Assembly: GCA_027623815.1 (NCBI GenBank)
Contig: JAQBUV010000005.1
Coordinates: forward strand, 1 to 60,664
Source: Chloroflexota bacterium
Lineage (GTDB): Bacteria > Chloroflexota > Dehalococcoidia > Lucifugimonadales > UBA3495
Direction of reading: 5' to 3'
Length of the DNA: 60,664 nucleotides
Positions 57,567-60,664 of the stretch are shown piece after piece. Under the pieces are notes generated by a model that saw only the letters and a list, made by a program, of their open reading frames with translations, had not been told where the DNA came from and did no database searches. The number at the start of each line of letters is the position of its first letter. Within the stretch, counting starts at the first letter, position 1. The translations under genes and the position numbers were made by a program.

Positions 57567-57584
57567 TCGTGAAATTTGTAACAA
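57567..57584. promoter_or_regulatory. Candidate Rex (NADH/NAD+ sensor) operator upstream of nuoE
   Basis: TCGTGAA-ATTT-GTAACAA versus consensus TTGTGAA-N4-TTCACAA (3 mismatches). Confidence 0.35.
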
Positions 57585-57682
57585 TCTCCACCGCAATGGT
57601 AGCACAGAGGCCGTCGGCGATTCAACTAGAAACGGCTAGGATTGGAAGGAAATAGCTTAGTCCACAATCAGCAATTCAGCCA

Positions 57683-58324
57683 CTAGGAAGCCGGGGCCTC
57701 CAGCAACTTGCTCATCGCCGATTGGAAAATTTCGTAGGGGTGCGCCCCGGTGAAGAGCAGGTTGCCCACCACAAAGGTTGGTATCCCTCGGATGCCGTGC
57801 CCCAGGGCTTGCTGGTATTGCTCCATAACGGCAGGTGTGTACAGGCTGCTCTCCAATCCCGCCAGCAACTCAGTTGAATTCAACGAAACTTGCTGAGCCA
57901 GGCCCTCAATCACCGCCAGGTCGCCCAAGTCTTGTCCATCTTCCCAGTAGGCTTTGTAGGCCGCGTGGTGGAACTCCATGAACTTGCCCTGCCGCTGGGC
58001 GTACTCGGTGGCCTCCAAGATGTACATGGTGTTGGGAGTGACTTTGGGGGGCCGCATGATCAAGTTGGACTCGCTGGCTTGACTCCGCAGAGGCTCGCTA
58101 AGCTGGCCGTCGGCCTCACCGGGTCGGGGTTGCCGCACAATACCTTCCTTGGGGGTATCTGGCCGCAGCAAATACGCTTGGCCGACGATTGAAATGTTGT
58201 AGTCTTGACTCAACCGGTCGACTCTTTCCAGGCCGACATAGCACCAGGGTCAAATATAGTCGTACCAGACTACTACTTTAACCGGGTCGGAAGTGTTGAG
58301 GGGATGCTGGACAGGTTCGGTCAT
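57683..58324 (-). CDS. FrnE/DsbA-family thiol-disulfide oxidoreductase, probable selenoprotein (U25, UxxC)
   Basis: SD AGGAG then ATG 58324 reads ...VKVVVWYDYI-TGA(58252-50)-PWCYVGLER, in frame with the 58213 ORF; GIRGIPTF, TGAHPYE. Confidence 0.9.
58214..58249 (-). promoter_or_regulatory. Candidate bacterial SECIS element
   Basis: GTCGGC-CT-GGAA-AG-A-GTCGAC hairpin; loop starts 20 nt after UGA. Confidence 0.7.
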
Positions 58325-58520
58325 AACTACTCCTGTTCCATTTTGATGAGTTGGAGGGGAAGAACAGGTGGAGTCTAGCAGCGACGTGTTGGCTGGTCAA
58401 CCGGGTGTTTATATCTTGCGATGCCGTTTGAAACCGTTTGATACCGTGGTTAAAAATCAAAACTAGTTTCTGTAGGTGGAGGAACTAAAGGGAACTGAGG
58501 TCAACAAGCGAGAGTTGCTG

Positions 58521-59735
58521 CTATCCGAACACCTGCTTGACTACCTCGAGCAGATGAGCCGGACTGAAGGGTTTGGCCAGCATGCCAAAGGCCCCGGCGG
58601 CCATGATTTCACGAATGGCTTGCTGGCCGGGGTTGCCGCTGGAGACTATCACCTTCACCAGAGGGTCTAGCTCCCGAAGCTTGTGGAAGGTGGTGAGGCC
58701 ATCCATGCCGGGCAAGGACATATCAAGGATGACGGCCTTAGTCGCGCCATCTGAATCTTGATAAGCTTTGAGGGCTTCTTCGCCACTGGTTACACCAACG
58801 ACTTCCATTTGTTCGCTTTTCAGTATCTCAGCAATCAGCACATGGATAATCGCTTCATCATCCACGACCAACAGGGTTTGGAGAGTTTGCGCGCCCTCAA
58901 ACCTGAGTGCCGCATTGGTCTCAGGTGGCATCTCCTGCATGACCGGCCAGTAGATATCGACACAGGTACCTACCGAGAGTTCACTAGACACTTCGATGAA
59001 TCCCTGATGAGCGTGAACCGCATCATAAACAATGGTCAGGCCCAGACCCCGGTCCTTGCCGTACTTGGTGGTAAAGAAAGGGTCAAACATTGATCCCTTG
59101 ACCGAATCTTCCATTCCCTCTCCAGTGTCGCTGACCCGTAGGCGTAGATACGGGCTCTTGACGCCTGAAGCTGGCTCGGTCACTTGCTCCAATGTGGTCT
59201 CCCAGCAGAGTCTGCCGCCTTCCGGCATGGCCTCGACCGCGTTCTGCCAAAGGTGCCGGCAAATCTGTTCAAGCTGGTCGCCATCACAGAGCAGGGACGG
59301 CAAGCCACGGCTGGGCTCAACTTGAACTTGCACCGTAGTGGGCAGGTCTACTCTAGCCTTGGCCAAGAATTCATCAACCGAGCTGCTCAAATCCAGTTGG
59401 GTCAGCTCAACCGGCTTGTTGTTGGCGAATGCCGAAAGCCAGCTAGTCAGTTTTAGCGCCTCACCGGCCGAAGCCTCAATCTGCTCCGCCATTCCCCGAT
59501 TGGGTTCATCGTCTTTTAGTCGAGTCTGCAAGATAGATGCGAAGCCCTGCATCACCGCGATGAAATTGTTGAAATCATGGGCGGTCCGGCGGGAGAAGCG
59601 TTTGGCGACTTGAATGGAATGGTCCAATTGAGCGTCGTCGATCCTAGAGCGCACGCGGTTGGCCGCCGGTTCGTTCGAACTACCGTTGGGCGTTACAGGA
59701 TTATCTGGTTTGGAGTTGTAAGCTTGAGACAGCAT
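58521..59735 (-). CDS. Cytoplasmic hybrid histidine kinase/receiver protein without a sensor domain
   Basis: H-box AHDFNN, N-box NAVEAM, DTGEGM, FDPFFTTK, GLGL; receiver VVDDE...LDMSLPGMDG...KPF. Confidence 0.88.
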   Translation of the reverse strand: MLSQAYNSKPDNPVTPNGSSNEPAANRVRSRIDDAQLDHSIQVAKRFSRRTAHDFNNFIAVMQGFASILQTRLKDDEPNRGMAEQIEASAGEALKLTSWLSAFANNKPVELTQLDLSSSVDEFLAKARVDLPTTVQVQVEPSRGLPSLLCDGDQLEQICRHLWQNAVEAMPEGGRLCWETTLEQVTEPASGVKSPYLRLRVSDTGEGMEDSVKGSMFDPFFTTKYGKDRGLGLTIVYDAVHAHQGFIEVSSELSVGTCVDIYWPVMQEMPPETNAALRFEGAQTLQTLLVVDDEAIIHVLIAEILKSEQMEVVGVTSGEEALKAYQDSDGATKAVILDMSLPGMDGLTTFHKLRELDPLVKVIVSSGNPGQQAIREIMAAGAFGMLAKPFSPAHLLEVVKQVFG

Positions 59736-59972
59736 TAGCTTCTGGCCTCTAACGTGCCGTGGTTTAACGAAACCATTCTCTTGAGCGGCATGAGAGATTT
59801 TCGGGTTTCGAATGACATGTGCATATTGTGGGTCAGGTCAGCTAGATTCTTAAGGGTGACAACCCACAAGCGTAGGAGGGTGTTTCGCCAAACCGGCTAT
59901 GCCGATAACGGAAAACCCAAAGGTTTCAGGTTGGGATTGGGAGGTTGGTGGGGGCTTTGACCGAGTGATTGC

Positions 59973-60664
59973 CTACTCTTCTACCTGGTCTTGCAATTGG
60001 GTAATGCGCTGGTGTTTAGCTGGCTGAAGTGAATGAGGAGCCGCCGCCAGGAGTGGAGCGAGGTCGCTCAGGCTGGCTATCCGGATGCAATCGTTTATAT
60101 CGGGATGGAAGCCGCCTCGATCGATCAACACCGGATGGATTCCCACCCCACGGGCACCCAATACGTCGGACCGATGCTGGTCACCCACGTGAACTGCCTC
60201 TTGCGGCGCAACCGTGGCCCGCTCCAATGCCGCCAAAAATATGGGAGCTCCGGGTTTTTCTGACCCGATCTCAGCCGAGTCGACGACGAAGTCCACGTAT
60301 TGGCCAATACCCAGCCGCCGACAAATCTCCAGCATGTCTCTCCGCAGGTTGGAAATTATGCCCACCTGAAAACCACTATTGTGCAAATGGGCCAGCGCAG
60401 CCACGGTATCATCAAAGAGCATAAACTCTTTGGGCACCGAGGCCGCCATCTCCCAGATTCTTTGGGCCAAGTCTGGGCTAACCGAGAGGCCGGCATTATC
60501 CAGAATCATTTGTTCGTAGCTGGTAAAAAATTTCAGGCGGTCCTCGTCAGAACGCAATGCGAGAGGTCGGTTTTCATTCTCCCGATTAAAATAAACATCA
60601 GCGATGGCGTACCCATGCTTAACGCCTTCTTCTGAGATGTTCAGCCCAAATTCCTGACACGCCA
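59973..60664 (-). CDS. HAD-superfamily hydrolase, 5'-partial (frame open to the window edge)
   Basis: GIISN, EKPGAPIF, HVGDQHRSDVLGARGVG; no stop between 60557 and 60664 in this frame. Confidence 0.85.
   Translation of the reverse strand, partial: ACQEFGLNISEEGVKHGYAIADVYFNRENENRPLALRSDEDRLKFFTSYEQMILDNAGLSVSPDLAQRIWEMAASVPKEFMLFDDTVAALAHLHNSGFQVGIISNLRRDMLEICRRLGIGQYVDFVVDSAEIGSEKPGAPIFLAALERATVAPQEAVHVGDQHRSDVLGARGVGIHPVLIDRGGFHPDINDCIRIASLSDLAPLLAAAPHSLQPAKHQRITQLQDQVEE

Noticed and set aside
35188-58252. Alternative genetic code (UGA=Trp or Gly) as the explanation for the in-frame TGAs
   Set aside because: TGA terminates several conserved genes at their expected ends, Trp is encoded by TGG throughout, and the three internal TGAs fall only at catalytic Cys positions
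35149-58324. Calling the three TGA-containing genes pseudogenes
   Set aside because: Each is otherwise intact, and each has the TGA at the active-site Cys followed by a similarly spaced hairpin; three independent nonsense mutations of this kind are implausible
333-60635. Numerous long antisense or overlapping ORFs in the track (e.g. 14289-15137, 29648-30568, 54313-55191, 55879-56784)
   Set aside because: They are shadows of well-supported genes in GC-rich DNA, with no motifs or ribosome-binding sites

Overview
A 60.7 kb stretch of core chromosome from a GC-rich bacterium. Gene content and synteny (11-subunit nuo operon, DUF2298/TIGR03663 membrane proteins, DnaQ-DinG, OGG1-type glycosylase) point to Chloroflexota, class Dehalococcoidia and possibly SAR202-like; this placement is an inference. 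The window contains gap and eno, a nuoABCDHIJKLMN operon interrupted by three small unexplained genes, a separate nuoE-nuoF-nuoG/fdhA-like-fpr module, speD-speE, trmD, cca, rnc, ftsY, mutS, mutL, dinG-ogg and a GT-C-type membrane glycosylation cluster. The main hidden signal is three genes that the ORF track truncates. Each has an in-frame TGA exactly at the catalytic Cys position of a thioredoxin-fold protein, followed by a bacterial SECIS-like hairpin with nearly the same spacing, so they are probably selenoproteins (DsbA/Rv2466c-like UPFV, ArsC/Spx-like USTC, FrnE/DsbA UPWC). Also seen: a REP-carrying MITE in two copies, a candidate RNA switch upstream of speD, and a candidate non-AUG start for cca. 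No rRNA, tRNA, CRISPR array or intact transposase was recognised. All family assignments come from motif recognition by eye, not database searches.
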